The notes below the pieces were generated by a model, which was given only the letters and a program-made list of their open reading frames with translations, was not told the origin of the DNA and did not search any database. A stretch of 61,458 nucleotides of DNA, the filler included, from Hausera hauseri (lineage: Eukaryota), in assembly GCA_046269625.1 (NCBI GenBank). It is 11 parts of 11 records of this genome, joined end to end, with 100 filler letters (N's around TTAATTAATTAA, not from the genome) between each part and the next. Parts side by side here need not be neighbours in the genome. Positions count along the whole stretch, not along the records: positions 19,683 to 26,352 come from JBJURY010076660.1; positions 26,453 to 30,706 come from JBJURY010674217.1; positions 30,807 to 40,855 come from JBJURY010247737.1; 8 more parts are not named here. One strand, 5' to 3'. Shown one piece after another: positions 22,610 through 35,759 of the stretch (position 1 is its first letter; every line of letters starts with the position of its first letter). The position numbers and the translations under genes are program-made.

Positions 22610-25600
22610 TTATTTCAGCCGCCAATGTCCATACGCCCAACTCTTATTTTGCCCACCCATTTTCGCTTATCATCGTTACATGACAAAGCGACTTTCGCAC
22701 TAATTATTGTGTATAGCTAGTGCTTAATTGATCGGATGATCGTTTGAGACACATCAGCCCCTGATTGTCCTCCTTCTGCTGCTGCTGCTGCTTCATATGT
22801 ATGGCGATAATCACCGTGGTCGATTTTCTTCTGCTTCAGCTGGACTCCTTTTGCTCGCATTTTCGGTCCACAGTCCGTCATAAGACTAGCACTTTGGGCG
22901 TAGGAATATCCATTCCCAATGCTGAACCCGACCTTCACTTTCATCCTTGAAACAGCCAATTTTGTTGATTATCGCGCTGCCGTACAACGGATGATCCGAT
23001 TGGTAGGTGGACGTGTCCAGTAATTAATCTGACTGCATTTGCTGCAGTAGCGGTTCGCGATTGACTCTTCAGCTTAAGGAAAAAACTATCTGTCACCGGC
23101 AATTATACTAATGTTACAGCCGTCAAAAATTTGCCGGTAACGTGCCAAATCGCGATACTGTAGCTCATACATCCGCAACTTGCTCAGGTCTAATACCACT
23201 TGTCCGATGTAACTTGGCCGGTTCAGAACGACTTCTCTGTTTAACGGCACCGCAATCAATCCATCGGCAATGTTCATTGACCACCGAAACTGTGCCTTGC
23301 TGGTATACGTAACCAGCCGATTTTTGCTGTTGCCTAGGCGTACATTGAGCCGCTTTTTCAGATTCTCCACTGTTTTCCGTACAGGGAATTGTTTTTCAGC
23401 TTGCAATAGCCCTTTTCGAACTTTGTACAAGCTGCGGCTCGTTTCTCCGAATTTCCATCTGTGTACGCCCTCAATATCGGAGCTTGAACAAATCGGATTG
23501 CACGATTCAGCTGTGCAACGCGTACACCGAGCTGCGTGTAGAACTGTAGCGGACGCCAATGGACCACGTAATTCAGCTTTGGTTCATGCATCATGAGCAG
23601 TTTCTTCACTTTTTGGTTAAATGGTGCGACCGGCAAATTGTCCAAAACGTCATGCAGCTCATCTGGTATCTTGAGATCGACCTCCATCAGGTATCCGACT
23701 CAGCTTGCCATGTCTGCTCGTGGTAGGTTGACCATTATGTCGTCCAGATCTTGTTTGTCGACTACCCATTCAAATGAACCGTACGGCAAGGGTTGCGAAA
23801 ACGCCCAGCCTTGTAGGTTATTAATATCAATATACAGCAGTGACGTGGTATCTGTAGCACTGATCTGATGCTTGTTGACAAATATCATGCCACCTCGAAT
23901 ACCAAAATCAAACAGCCGGTATATTTCCGGGTATTGCAGCAGCTCAATGTCACGATCCAGTGACATTAGAGCTGACGCCCAACTCATTCCCTGTATGAAA
24001 TAAACGTTGAGTGGCTCAGCCTATCTTCAGCCAACGCTTTAGCTCGAAATATCTGAAACACAACGGCTAATAAGTACACTTCCTGTTTCAGATACTGAAG
24101 CATGCACTCCAACATATTTCTGCAGCCGAGTTCTGTCCAACACCTCTGTACTTTACGGTATTCATCCTCTGCGATACCTGTCCATCGCGACAGTAATTCT
24201 TCTGCTGTTCGGAGTCTCTCATATGATGTTGCAAAGTCATACGGGAATATGCCTTTGCCACGCGCAATCTGTGGGGAATTGCGTCAATGTTATCTGTACA
24301 TTCGGCAGGGTATTTACGAGCTTTACTAGAGACTCATTGAGAAATTGTAATGAGTCGAGGAAGCGTACCTGGAACCGGTTTATGCGTGCTGACAGGGACA
24401 GGTATTTCTCCATTGTTGTTGGGATTACTGACAGTTCCCAGTTGGGAAGTCCATCAATGGCCCATTTCAGTATGTGGTGAAAATCATAATATCGAAAATT
24501 ATGAAAGATCACCGGTAAAAATTGCCGCACACGCCTTGCCAAATTGCATGAATTACATGCTGCTCCGAGATCTTGATTACTAAAATGATCGTGATTCGGT
24601 ACGAGCCGTTCCAGTTCATCAAACGGTAATATTTTGTGGCACAGGTAACATTCATCTGTGACTGCAAACCTAGGGCGTTCATCATCATCTGTGTACATCA
24701 AAGGTTTATTGCTATTTCTACTGTACCAGGGTGCGATTTTAATTTCCACTATAGTTTGCAATTGCTGCGGGAAATCATGTACACAGTTCCAGCCGTGAAA
24801 GACGTAATACTGCGGCTGACCGACCGCTTTTATTGGGACAAGCTACATACTAACGGCGATTGGAACTTGTTTTTGATCATACACGTTGTGCAGTGGTAGA
24901 ATTGCCTCAATATCGGCATATACCACATATGCCGGAATGTCTATTTTCGACCAGTCACTGAATCGGAGCTCCTTTCTGGGTGCATAACGTACATGGTTGT
25001 TCCCGTTGAATTCTGCTTGCACAGCGTCACATGTTTCTCCAGTGTTGTTTTTGACCTGAAACCATGCAGACATCGTATTCGCTTTTTGATGAACTGGTCA
25101 TGTTCCATGTTCAACAGTCTATTCAGATTTGTCACTGCCACGTAATGAAATTTTTCGGCCTGCTCCAACGGCAACAAATTTACCGAGCGTCCATTTAGGT
25201 ACCGACTACGATAAATTATCTCCACATGCGGGTTCTTATAAATTTCTTCGTCTTCCGGTATTTCAATTATTGTGTTGTACCGGAAAACGTTGATTGACAG
25301 CGTCGGATTACGCCGTTCAAAAGCCGGAATGGTGTTCAGTTTTATCCTCATCCAGCATTGATCAAATTGCAATTCGGAAAAATACTGTCGATACTGATTT
25401 GGACGATTTGCATGATATCTGTTCACTTCGCTGTACTTCAGTACAGCCAGAATACTGTAAAGAAAACAGCATTCGTCTTCAGTATTTTGTACATTTACTA
25501 CCGCCCGAGACTGCTTTAGAGATGCAGGTGTCGGTATGAATGACCGTCCAGACAAATATACCACGTCACTCGACTTTGTGATGATAAAGCTGAGTGTGAC

Positions 25601-26050
25601 AATTCGTATAATTCGCCATCCACTACCCTTTTCGGTATAGTTGGCAATTTTCTCATCCAACTTTTCGCCTACATCGGCAATAAAATTTTTCGAATACTGT
25701 ACGGCTCGATGTGACAGGTACCATTGTTTCCTGTCGCCCTGTACATTTTCAAATTCTGAAAGTGCATAATATTGCACTTTGCAGTTGTTGAGTTTGAATT
25801 TCTCCACCTCTAATTTCAACCGGCTGCGCACACCGTACAGAACATGTCTGAGCTGTAATGTTGTTGTCCCCGACATGTTTACTTTCATGTCCACGTACGA
25901 TTTATTTAGATTGTACTTGACAGTAATGGAAGGCTCTTGCTGTTGCATCTGCTGCCATTCGGTACTGTTTCGGATGTATTCGTCAAGACTTGTTGAGGCC
26001 TGACGTTTATTGCTTGTTGAGGGGATACTGTTTTTTCTTGTCACCATCAC
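22610..26050 (-). pseudogene. Protein-primed family B DNA polymerase (pPolB), heavily frameshifted
   Basis: AVVNVQNTEDECCFLYSIL; VVYADIEAIL; FHNFRYYDFHHIL; RFLDSLQFLNESL; GIRGG; YIDINNLQGWAFSQPLP; EVDLKIP; KLKNNSLYGK; RPSYIGQVVLDLSKLRMY; RAKGV; DDKR..YGH. Confidence 0.93.
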
Positions 26051-26352
26051 TTTCCTTTTTGGACCGTTGAAACTGGTTCAAGTGGTCCTTGTGCTAGTTA
26101 TAAAATTGTTCATAGTTGATTTCATCAACTATCGAACAACCGGGACAAACGTAGGCCCGTTTACCGTGCACCGTTGTGGCGCCATAGTACTGCTCCATTA
26201 CACTGGCAACCATCAACGTCATGCACTCTACTACTACAGTATCGCGAGTATGTGGGGCAATGCACAACCATCATCTTTGCACGCGTAAACGGGCCAAGAT
26301 GATGCTTGTGCATCGCATAAAAGTCGGGGTATGGACAAGGGGCCGAAATACT

Positions 26353-26452
26353 NNNNNNNNNNNNNNNNNNNNNNNNNNNNNNNNNNNNNNNNNNNNTTAA
26401 TTAATTAANNNNNNNNNNNNNNNNNNNNNNNNNNNNNNNNNNNNNNNNNNNN
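26353..26452. other. Artificial contig spacer
   Basis: N44-TTAATTAATTAA-N44. Confidence 0.98.
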
Positions 26453-26456
26453 AATA

Positions 26457-28516
26457 ATGATGTTAGTGAAGCAGATGGGAGCAGTCACCATATACGACTG
26501 TGACAAATTCAAGGTGGGCCAGAAATATTCATTGATGGACTTAGAAACATGTGAGGATGCGAGGCCCCACAAGCTTCAGGCAATAGAGAAGAAATATATA
26601 CTATATCAACAACGTGAGTTAATTGTAATGGATGCAACAGAATTCATGATACGTAGGTCTCGCAGCATATTTCATTGTGGTAATATGCACGGCCATTCTT
26701 CAATAATCAAACCTACTACACCATTGATACCAATGAACGTGGACAGACAACATTGCTTAGGAGCCCGGTCAACCGGTAAAATGGTTTGGGACAGCATGGA
26801 ATTGGAAGCCCAAGAAGGAAAAATAATTAGAGCCTACAAAGTGGCAGTAGGAAAATTGAACATGCACACCGGTTATTGTGTCGGGGGAGAATATGACACA
26901 GGGAAGGGAATAGAAGGAGGAATAGTAATCGTAGATTTTTATGAAACCGAGTTAAGATCCTTAAAAGCGATGTTTCATAGCGTTACCAAACTATTCACCG
27001 AAAATCAGAAATGTCACATTTATTATGGTGCTTGCACGTTCCGAAGTTCGGTTATTGCATGGAATTCACCTTCCAAGAAGGATTGCAATTTCATCAAAAT
27101 CAAAGAGTTAAAATTTAATGAAACCACAGGGAAGCGTTATTCGAGCAATTTACATGCTAATACCAGACCAAGGGAAGATGTAATAGAACAATCCACACCG
27201 ACGATATTAATATCAGACGTGCATGGGTTATGCATGTAGTTATGCGATGTAGTTATGCATGCCACTAACTAAGAAGCATTTTTTGTAGCGGCGACAGAAA
27301 TCGACATGAAAACGTATGATTTAAAAACACAAGATGTGCGGATTGAGGATTACCTCAAAAACCGAGACAACTATTTCTATTATAAGGGACAGACCGGAAT
27401 AGCGGAGCTATATCACAAAATGATAACAAATGACGCAGATTAGATACTGAAGTCATGAGAACCAAACTGGCTTTAATTTACGCCAATCCAGAACTGGCAT
27501 CACCAATTATTCCAATGAAAGACGGTATTTTCGGGCGAGTTACTGGAGAAGTCCTATTAACTTACGAATGCGAGAAAAGAGACGTACTGATCAACGTAGA
27601 AGAGAAGAGATTTATGCAAGAATTACCGGTCATCTATGAAAATATGCAGAGACTAGCGATGCCACTCATCAGAGTATTATTGACAAACTCCACCGAACCA
27701 ACAATATTGAAGGAATGCAAAACAAGTTTAGGCGAACCTATGTTTAGACGTAGTGGAAATGACTAGATAAGTCAACCAAACGGAGGTACGGCCGCAGCCC
27801 CTAGTAAATTAACCGAGATAAATCTAATCAAAGGGTTATCGAAAGATAAATTCGAAGATACAGCTAATAAAGGAATTTATAGGCCAAAAGACATAGAAGC
27901 TTTTAGGCAATTTTTAGCATTTATGCGTCAGCGAACTTATGAACTGAATCGGGCCATGTCAGTGGTCATGGATGACACCCGCTTTCAAGCGAAATGGGAA
28001 TCGTTACTCAGCGCTAATCACTATCAAAGAGTAACTTCAGAGATATTGTATAGAATTTGGGGAAGGTTTTTAATTTTCGGACAAGCCGCATCTGGATTCT
28101 TAGCCATCTACTTCTTAATCCAATTAGTTAAAGCAATGATCAAAGCTATTATAAACGGATATAAAATATTCACCTTGACAGGATTCTCTTGCAAAATTTT
28201 GACCGCAATTATCATACCCTTTGGAAAAATGCTAAAGGCGTACGAGGAAAATCCCTGGAAAAATGACGTAGAACGACACGTGGGGTACTATAACCGCAAA
28301 CGACGAGGGAGGCCTTCGATTTTGTATAGACGTAAAAATAAGACAATAGTAACACGACAGAACGATTCAGATGATAATGAGCCTAAGGGAGGAGAAGTAA
28401 GTTCCAGAATGAGGATGCACAAAATGTACTCCGTAATTAACGCACCGTTGCCCATCACGCCGCCAACAGCACCAATATATGAAGACTGCGGCCTGCAAAT
28501 CAATCGTATCATGTAG
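26457..28516 (+). pseudogene. env: Envelope glycoprotein of chuvirus-like / gB-type class III fusion family, with stops and a frameshift
   Basis: IYDC...YSLMDLETC, LYQ, IFHCGNMHGHSS, YCVGGEY, GEVLLTYEC...QELPV, and TM WGRFLIFGQAASGFLAIYFLIQLVKAMIKAIINGY match the recalled chuviral glycoprotein pattern. Confidence 0.8.
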
Positions 28517-28775
28517 GTTCGAAATCTATCGAAAGCCTATTAATTATGAAAATCCTTATGAGAAGACAAAGCAATATGGAATACTACGGAAAATGAATGT
28601 TATCCACCAAGGACCAACCGAAAACGACCACGGAATATTGTACTCAAAAAGGATACCGCGTCACATAGAATCGAAATCAACGATCTGGGAGAACCCGAAA
28701 CTGTGTTAGATCTCAAGTTTATTACCCCAGGAACCGCTCATCGACAGTCGCGTTACCGGAATAACAAATAACGAC

Positions 28776-30706
28776 TTGTATCCGAATAGAGAATTAAGAC
28801 AATTAAAACAAGATATAATTTCATCGCCAGAAATAACGATAAACGGACACAGAGTCTCTATTATAAAACGGTCCAAGATAGTGTCAAATAGCTACGGAAC
28901 GGTAGCAGAAGGGAGACCATTCGCTAAAATACACATCGAAGATTGGGAAGTGTATGCATTAATCGACACAGAATCATAAAAATCATTTATAAAACATAAA
29001 TCTATACCAACCACATTGCGCGATTAGCTATGCCCACCCGCATTATCGGATCCAGGTAGTGTAGGAGCGTTTGGGCAAGTATCGAAGCCGTAATTCAAAT
29101 GGACCCCTACCGTTTATATGATGGGCCAAACACTTCAACATAATTTGCGGTAATGGACCAGTTAAGAGATGATTTAGTGCTAGGTTGTGATGTATTGAAG
29201 AAAATACCAGGTATGGCAATCGATGTGCACAATTGAAAATTAATTGAGCTTGAACCGATAAAGTGGACAAAAGTAATAAAGGAAAGGAAATCGGGCGAAG
29301 TATGGATTCCGGTAGACAAAAATATTCCGCCCAGAATTGAAGTGATAATTTTCGCACAGATTCGTCAAAACGAAGATTGGCCCGTATATTTTGACCTCAA
29401 GAGAATATCAATCCAAACCTCATGCTTAGCAATATTCTATGTAGAGTAGTGACGAGACGAATACCTATCAGATTAATAAACAATGCACCAATCCCCGTAA
29501 GACTACATGCTAACACAACGTTAGGTCATACTTGCAGAGTATTGGCAGTAACAATAGAAGAAAAGCCATATAAGTGTGCTGAATTTTCACCTCATGTTGA
29601 AACCAAATTCTCTTCCGAAGTGTATTGCAAATTCTGCGAATTACTATAAGTACAGTTCAGTAATTGCACAAAATGAGGAAGACATAGGCAGAGCAAAAGC
29701 TCTGAGATTAAAAATTCCACTAAGGAAGAAACCAGGCTCAAATGACGAGATCGATCTAGAAGAACAGAAAATGCCCAAGTGGTACCCGCCTCCTCATTCA
29801 TTGAGACCGGAAATAACTAAAGAAGTAGAGAGAATGTTAAAGGCCGACATAATTTGACCAAGCTACCGATCATGGTATTCGCCTATACTTATGGTTAAGA
29901 AGAAAGGAACTACAAAACATAGGTTTTGTATAGATTATCGGGCATTAAACACACTGATGATGAAAAACTCGTTCCCCCCTACCATCAGCACAAGAAGCAT
30001 TAGATAGATTATCAGGAGCAAAATGGTTTACCACTCTTGATTTACAATCGGGATACTGGCAAGTGGAAATTGAAGAAGAAGATCGATACAAAACAGCGTT
30101 CAAAACACACGACGGCGTATACGAATTTAATGTTATGCCCTTCGGCATCACCACAGGGCCAGCTACTTTTACTAGAATGGTGAATAAGATGCTTATGGGT
30201 TTGACCATGCATTCGCGTACTTAGATGACGTAATAATAGCATCAAAAACAGAAGAAGAACATTTGAAGGACATTGAAGATACACTTATGCGATAAGAACA
30301 AGCAGGGTTGAAACTAAATCCAAAGAAATATAGATGGGTACAGAATGCAGTAGCATACCTCGGATATATAGTTGGAGAGGGAGGGTCAAAACCAGACAAA
30401 TCCCTGTTAAATAAAATATCTGATTGTATGGAACCGCAGAATCAAAAAGAGCTAATACATTGGTTAGGTTTATGTGAGTATTATTCCACTTACGTACCGG
30501 ACAATTCGAAAATCAATGTACCATTATATCGTATACTGAAAAAAGGAACTAAATGGAAATGGACAGAAGTGGAGCAAACAGAATTTGACGAAATAAAGAA
30601 AATTTTATCAAACGAACCAGTTTTAAGGTACTCTGGCTTCAACCTACCATTCATCATTAAAACAGATTCAAGTAGGAAAGGCATAGGACACGAATTAGCT
30701 CAGAAA
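28776..30706 (+). pseudogene. pol: Gypsy pol: protease, RT and RNase H start, degenerate
   Basis: RPFAKI...YALIDTES, VLGCD, RFCIDYRALN, LDLQSGYWQV, VMPFGI, AYLDDVII, YLGYIV, FIIKTDSSRKGIG. Confidence 0.9.
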
Positions 30707-30806
30707 NNNNNNNNNNNNNNNNNNNNNNNNNNNNNNNNNNNNNNNNNNNNTTAATTAATTAANNNNNNNNNNNNNNNNNNNNNNNNNNNNNNNNNNNNNN
30801 NNNNNN
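30707..30806. other. Artificial contig spacer
   Basis: N44-TTAATTAATTAA-N44. Confidence 0.98.
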
Positions 30807-30810
30807 TGTC

Positions 30811-32110
30811 ATGTCTCGACCGAAAAGATTATCTAAATCTATGGCTTTGAGAGAACTACTTGGACGCAGTTGGACAGAAGAAAATGATAATGAAAATGAT
30901 GACGACGGAAGTTCGACTGATGCTGTAAGACATAACATAAACTTTGATGGGCGATATATGATATGGTTTGGTTTGACGATATGTGGTATGCTTTGTATAG
31001 GTTGATGAAAGAATAATGGAAGATCTGGAAGAAAGTGAAACCTCAGATGCAAATATTGGAAGAAGCGTCATGCCTGTGGGATCGATGGAGTTAGGCTCAT
31101 TCATTAGCAGTAGTTGTGAGATATGGAGCGCACGTATACCAGAAGCTGTAGGTAAGCTGGCAGCCAAAAATATTTTAACAACACGACCTGGCATCACCGC
31201 ATGGCCACCAGTAGAATTATAGGTAACCCAATATTAGAGACATTTAGAGTGATATTTGGCAATGAAATGACGCGCACGATCCTATAGAGAGGCTAGACGT
31301 GTTGCTGGAGACGCCTGGATAGATATGGATAATGCAGAACTTCGTGCATTCTTAGGACTGTTGATATTACGCGGTGTATATAAGGCTACTGGAGAGGCAG
31401 TTGATGAACTGCGGTCAGAAGATAAGGGGTGGTCAATATTTTGGAAAACAATGTCGATAACCAGGTTCAAAACTATACGACGTCATTTGCGTTTTGATAT
31501 TAGGGAAACCAGGGCTGCTCGTTTGGCTAGAGATAAATTAGCTGTCTGACGTTTGCTTACCGAAGAATTTGTAAATAATTTTCAGCGTGCTTTCATTCCG
31601 CACGAATGTCTCATGGTAGACGAACAACTGTACCCATGCAGAGGTAGGTTCCCACATACGCAATACATGCCAAAAAAACCGTCAAACTATTACTGCGCAA
31701 ATTTGAAAATATACTGCAGTAAAAAAGAATGGGCAGGGTGGTTATTGATTTGACGCGATTTCTTTACGGCACAGGTCGCAACAACGACTGAGAATTTTTT
31801 ACGAGATGTCCCTAAGGAGCTTACCCAGTACCAGGGCCGCGAGACGTTTTCCACAATATTTACTTTATCAGAGAGGGAAAAAGTTATCCTTGCGTTCAGC
31901 TCACAACACCGCGACGTTTCTGTATTGCCAGGTGATAAGAAAAAGCTTGTGGAGATGAATTATTACAATTCTACCAAAGGAGGTGTGGATGTTGTAGACG
32001 AAAGAGTTCGGACGTACTCGGTAAAATTTGCTAGTAGGTGGCATGTTTTTGTGTTTGCCAATTTGTTGAATTTTTCGCTGTATAATGGCTACGTTTTGCA
32101 TTGAACAAGA
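30811..32110 (+). mobile_element. piggyBac transposase, degenerate, with 76-nt intron 30925-31000
   Basis: ELRAFLGLLILRG, MSITRFKTIRRHLRFD, RDKLA, VDEQLYPCRGR...YMPKKP, YYNSTKGGVDVVD. GTAAG...TGTATAG intron joins ORFs in frame. Confidence 0.88.
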
Positions 32111-32849
32111 ATAAAACGCACAGACAACGCAGGCATACAACTAGAGCAAAAGATGCACTAACTACCAGATAAATGTGGAATAATATTTTAATCATTATCG
32201 TTGATTGCGCTGTTTAGTTACAGCTGTAATATTTTTACTGTGTGTAGCTGTTTCAATCAATTATTGGTAAAATTATTTTTAATAAACGATGGTATGTAAT
32301 AGCATTGGCTTCTGTATAGTGCCAAAAATTATCCAAACGCCCAATAAAACCTCGAATTTCCCAGAGTTAATAAAAGTGCAGAATTACCAAAATTGTCCGT
32401 GCACCTCACAAACAGTCAGTTCACAATTGCCAAAGTTTGGAAAAACAGTAATTGAAAAATTTTGTTTAATTAATTTTGCGGCAATAATTCAGACACATTT
32501 GACATTTTGGATCATTCCGATTTAGAACATTTCGTTCGTTTCTATGACGATATATTTTTGATTTTCGAACTTGTTAATAATTATTTTGTGTTGCCATTTT
32601 TGTTCATTTTTTTGTATTGATGTAAAATTTCGAAATGACAAGTCGGTAGATTATTGGTACGATAGAAAATGTTCCCTTGTTCCCAGTTGGTTTTATTCGT
32701 GGGGTACGGTGGCGTGGATGTGCAAAGGATGATCTACTGTGCCCCGAAAGGTAGTTGATTTTGGACCTAAAAATTTTCCCCGATATCTGCAGTTATGTGG
32801 TTAAAGTCCAAAACCAACAGGCAGCACCAATCGAGACAATCGAAAAATT

Positions 32850-33255
32850 TCAAAGCAAGATCGATTTGGCAAGAAAGCTATGTTGTGCATCTGGTGAAAT
32901 TTTGAAGGAGTTTTGCATTTTGAGTTAGTTCCGAACAGTCACCCCACAGCGTTTACGACAAGCTGGAGGATAATTACGGCGTCGAGGTTCTTCCGCATCC
33001 ATCCTATAGCCCAGATTGCGCCTTTTCCGCTCAATACAATACTTTCTAAATGGTAGTCGATTCGATTCCTTTTGATGAAGTTCAGGGAGCGTATCGAAAG
33101 TTATTCGATTCAAAGGAGCTGGACTTTTACTTCGAGCATATCGATGGCAGAAAGTTGTAGATAATGATGGTGTCTATGTTGAGGAATAATTTTTGATGTT
33201 TTAAATAAATTTTGATTTTTTTCCAAAGGCCAGAAACTTTTTTAACAACTTAGTA
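32850..33255 (+). mobile_element. Mariner transposon 3' fragment with right TIR
   Basis: DRFGKKAMLCIW*NFEGVLHFELVP; VLPHPSYSPDCA; RWQKVVDNDGVY; terminus AGAAACTTTTTAACAACTTAGTA resembles a mariner TIR plus TA. Confidence 0.8.
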
Positions 33256-33712
33256 AGATTAACAGAACATGAAGATAACACTATAAATCGAATAATAATG
33301 TATAATGGGGGGGGTGGAATTTGAACAATTGCCGAAAATCTCCAATTGCATTATATTTGGCATGTCTCTCTAATTAAATGTGCAAATGACCGCAAATTCG
33401 AATAATTGTCCGAATTGTTTTATCGAACAATACTTCATGTAGTATTCTATCAATTGAAATATTACAGAATAATAATAAATACTGCCCATTCTTCGTCTGC
33501 CTGACATCCAGCAAGACAAAATTACAGTATGTCAATTTCAGAATTATACAAAAAAGAGAGAATAAGTTCGAGTACCGAATATTTGCGACAAAGTGAAATT
33601 ACAACTATAAACAAGCTGTATGGTATGTAGAATTGAATATAATTTAAAAATATTTGAACAAAAATTTGACATATAAGAAAGTATTCTAAACTGCCCCACC
33701 GAAACCCCTACG

Positions 33713-35720
33713 CTATGTAAAAATGTAAAATCCTAAACGTATCATTATCATCGAGAATTCACCTCTTATGGCGAGTTCCGTAACCTCCCTGGCCAGCAAG
33801 TCGAGGTTACGAGTAATTTCCGCAGTTGCTGGATCCTGTGACCCATTCGGACTGGTGTCGTTCGACGGTTGAGGACAATCAGAACCGGCCGACCATGTTG
33901 GCACAATACGAGTTGCTGGTGAAACTGAAGACTGATCAATGAGCGTATCGACGACCGGATACGTCTGACATTGGAGAAATAACTCCATCAGAGCACTTTG
34001 GTTTGGGGCGCTCATTGTCCGTTCTACTTGGCGTTTGATGAATGCCTGATGGGACATGTCGGTGAATTGCTGGGGTTGATTGAACGCTGCAGTTGACGCG
34101 GTCAAATGGACGGGTAGAGTCATGTCACCATAAGGTAGGTAGGGTTTGTTGTGAGATAATTGGAATCCCAATGCCGGTGGTACCGGACACAGTTGGTCGA
34201 GAATGGAACAAGCAGGAGTGGGCGGTCGGACGATGGTTGGCGCATTGCCATTGGGGAAATTGCACGTCTGCATGGTGAGTTGCTGTCGTCCGCTGTTTTT
34301 TCTATGAGTGGTGACTCTTTGGGATTCGTTGGTTTTTCGTGGAGGACCTTTGGAATTCTCTAATTGATTTCTCCAGGACATGCAGAGATTCTTATGACGA
34401 GATGTGAATGCCTATGGACAAAGTAAAGAGGAGAAAAGTTGTGTGTGACAAACATCATGATCCAAAATGGTGTCAATGATCTGAATGAACGTGAGGTAAC
34501 TCTCATCATCCACCTTCTTACTAACAAGCAGTTGTGAACAAACTCTGCTCAAACACCGAATGATCTGACCAGGCAGATCACCCTGGACAACGTCACCATT
34601 TACGGAATGCGGTGGACTATCAATGCCAAATGACGCTGTAACGACATAGCCGGAATTATCGGGGGAAAATAATTTAATTGGAGTTGCCAAAACATGTTTC
34701 ACTTCATTTACACAGGCTCGCAATGCGGCAATACTGCCCGATGAAATAAGGTCAGATTCCAGCTGCCTTAGTGTCGGCTGTCGTGATTCGAGTTTTTGAA
34801 TATTCAGAAGGATTTTGTTTCGTGCGCCTTTTGTAACGTTCTGTGCCTCAAGCCAATCATCCGTAATTGACATCATCCCATCATAATCCATCTGCTGGAA
34901 CAAACTAGCATATTTATGCAATCGCAGACTCTTCAACCATCCAGGTACACATGCCATACCAGAACTATATTTCTGCTCTAATTGGTGATGATGATAATGA
35001 TGATGATGCAATTGATACTGATGAATAAATGAATTACGCCGATCACCAAAATCACCAATTGTATGACGCATCAATGGTACTGATGATGACAACGACTGAC
35101 AACATATCCCATCTGACTCATTGTCATCATTATCATGTTGTAATGAAGGTCCATTGTTATCCATCGCTGCTGTATTTGTCGTTGTTGTTGTCGTACCTGT
35201 CAAATGACACGTACGAATTGTCGTACCTCCTACCAATACTGATGATCCACTGCTTGGTGTTGGTGTGTCCATTGATGACTGACCCTGCAGAGATCCTGTA
35301 CGAGTTACCTGATTGTTATCTGATGACGATGAACCATTATTATCAATCATGCCAATACAACATGGCGGATTATTGTGACTGTTGTCAGGGTCATATGATA
35401 CGGAATGAGGTAACAACATTTGTTCATCACCTGCACAACTTGATGTGCTACTCTGTGGTGACAATGGTGGTTGCGTACGTCGACCAACAGATGACTCAGC
35501 ACCAGACATGAATCCACTGGAATTGTACGAGCATGCCGATTGAGGTGATGCCGATGCAGACAAACAATTGCCACCTCCACCAACAAAAAATTGCGGCACG
35601 AGTAATGAGAATGAGTGGGTCTGTGACAGATTCGTTCCAGTGGCGAATGGTGATAAAATGCTGGGTCGACGAAGTCGTTTTGGTTCTTCTTTTTCATCGA
35701 GTAAATGTCGTTCGGTGGCC
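33713..35720 (-). CDS. SAMD4: Smaug/SAMD4 homolog C-terminal part (SAM plus PHAT domains), 42-nt intron 34412-34453; fused in frame to COG3 fragment
   Basis: SGMACVPGWLKSLRLHKYASLFQQMDYDGMMSITDDWLEAQNVTKGARNKILLNIQKL; GDLPGQIIRCLSRVCSQLLVS; spliced DHD|AFTSRHKNLCMSW; VERTMSAP; EITRNLDLLAREVTELAI. Confidence 0.85.
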
Positions 35721-35759
35721 AATTCATCAATCACGGAATGGCGATTTATTTCCACAGAT

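Larger units (their letters stand above)
19683..26352. mobile_element. Polinton/adintovirus-like element, fragment B (same family as fragment A)
   Basis: pPolB plus dUTPase, DEDD-like and RING genes; shares the KSPIW gene and its downstream GAGTATAAATATAC intergenic sequence with fragment A. Confidence 0.88.
26453..30706 (+). mobile_element. Env-bearing Ty3/Gypsy element with env upstream of protease-RT
   Basis: env and pol on the same strand with about 400 nt between the env stop and the protease motif; no LTR or gag recognisable between them. Confidence 0.7.
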
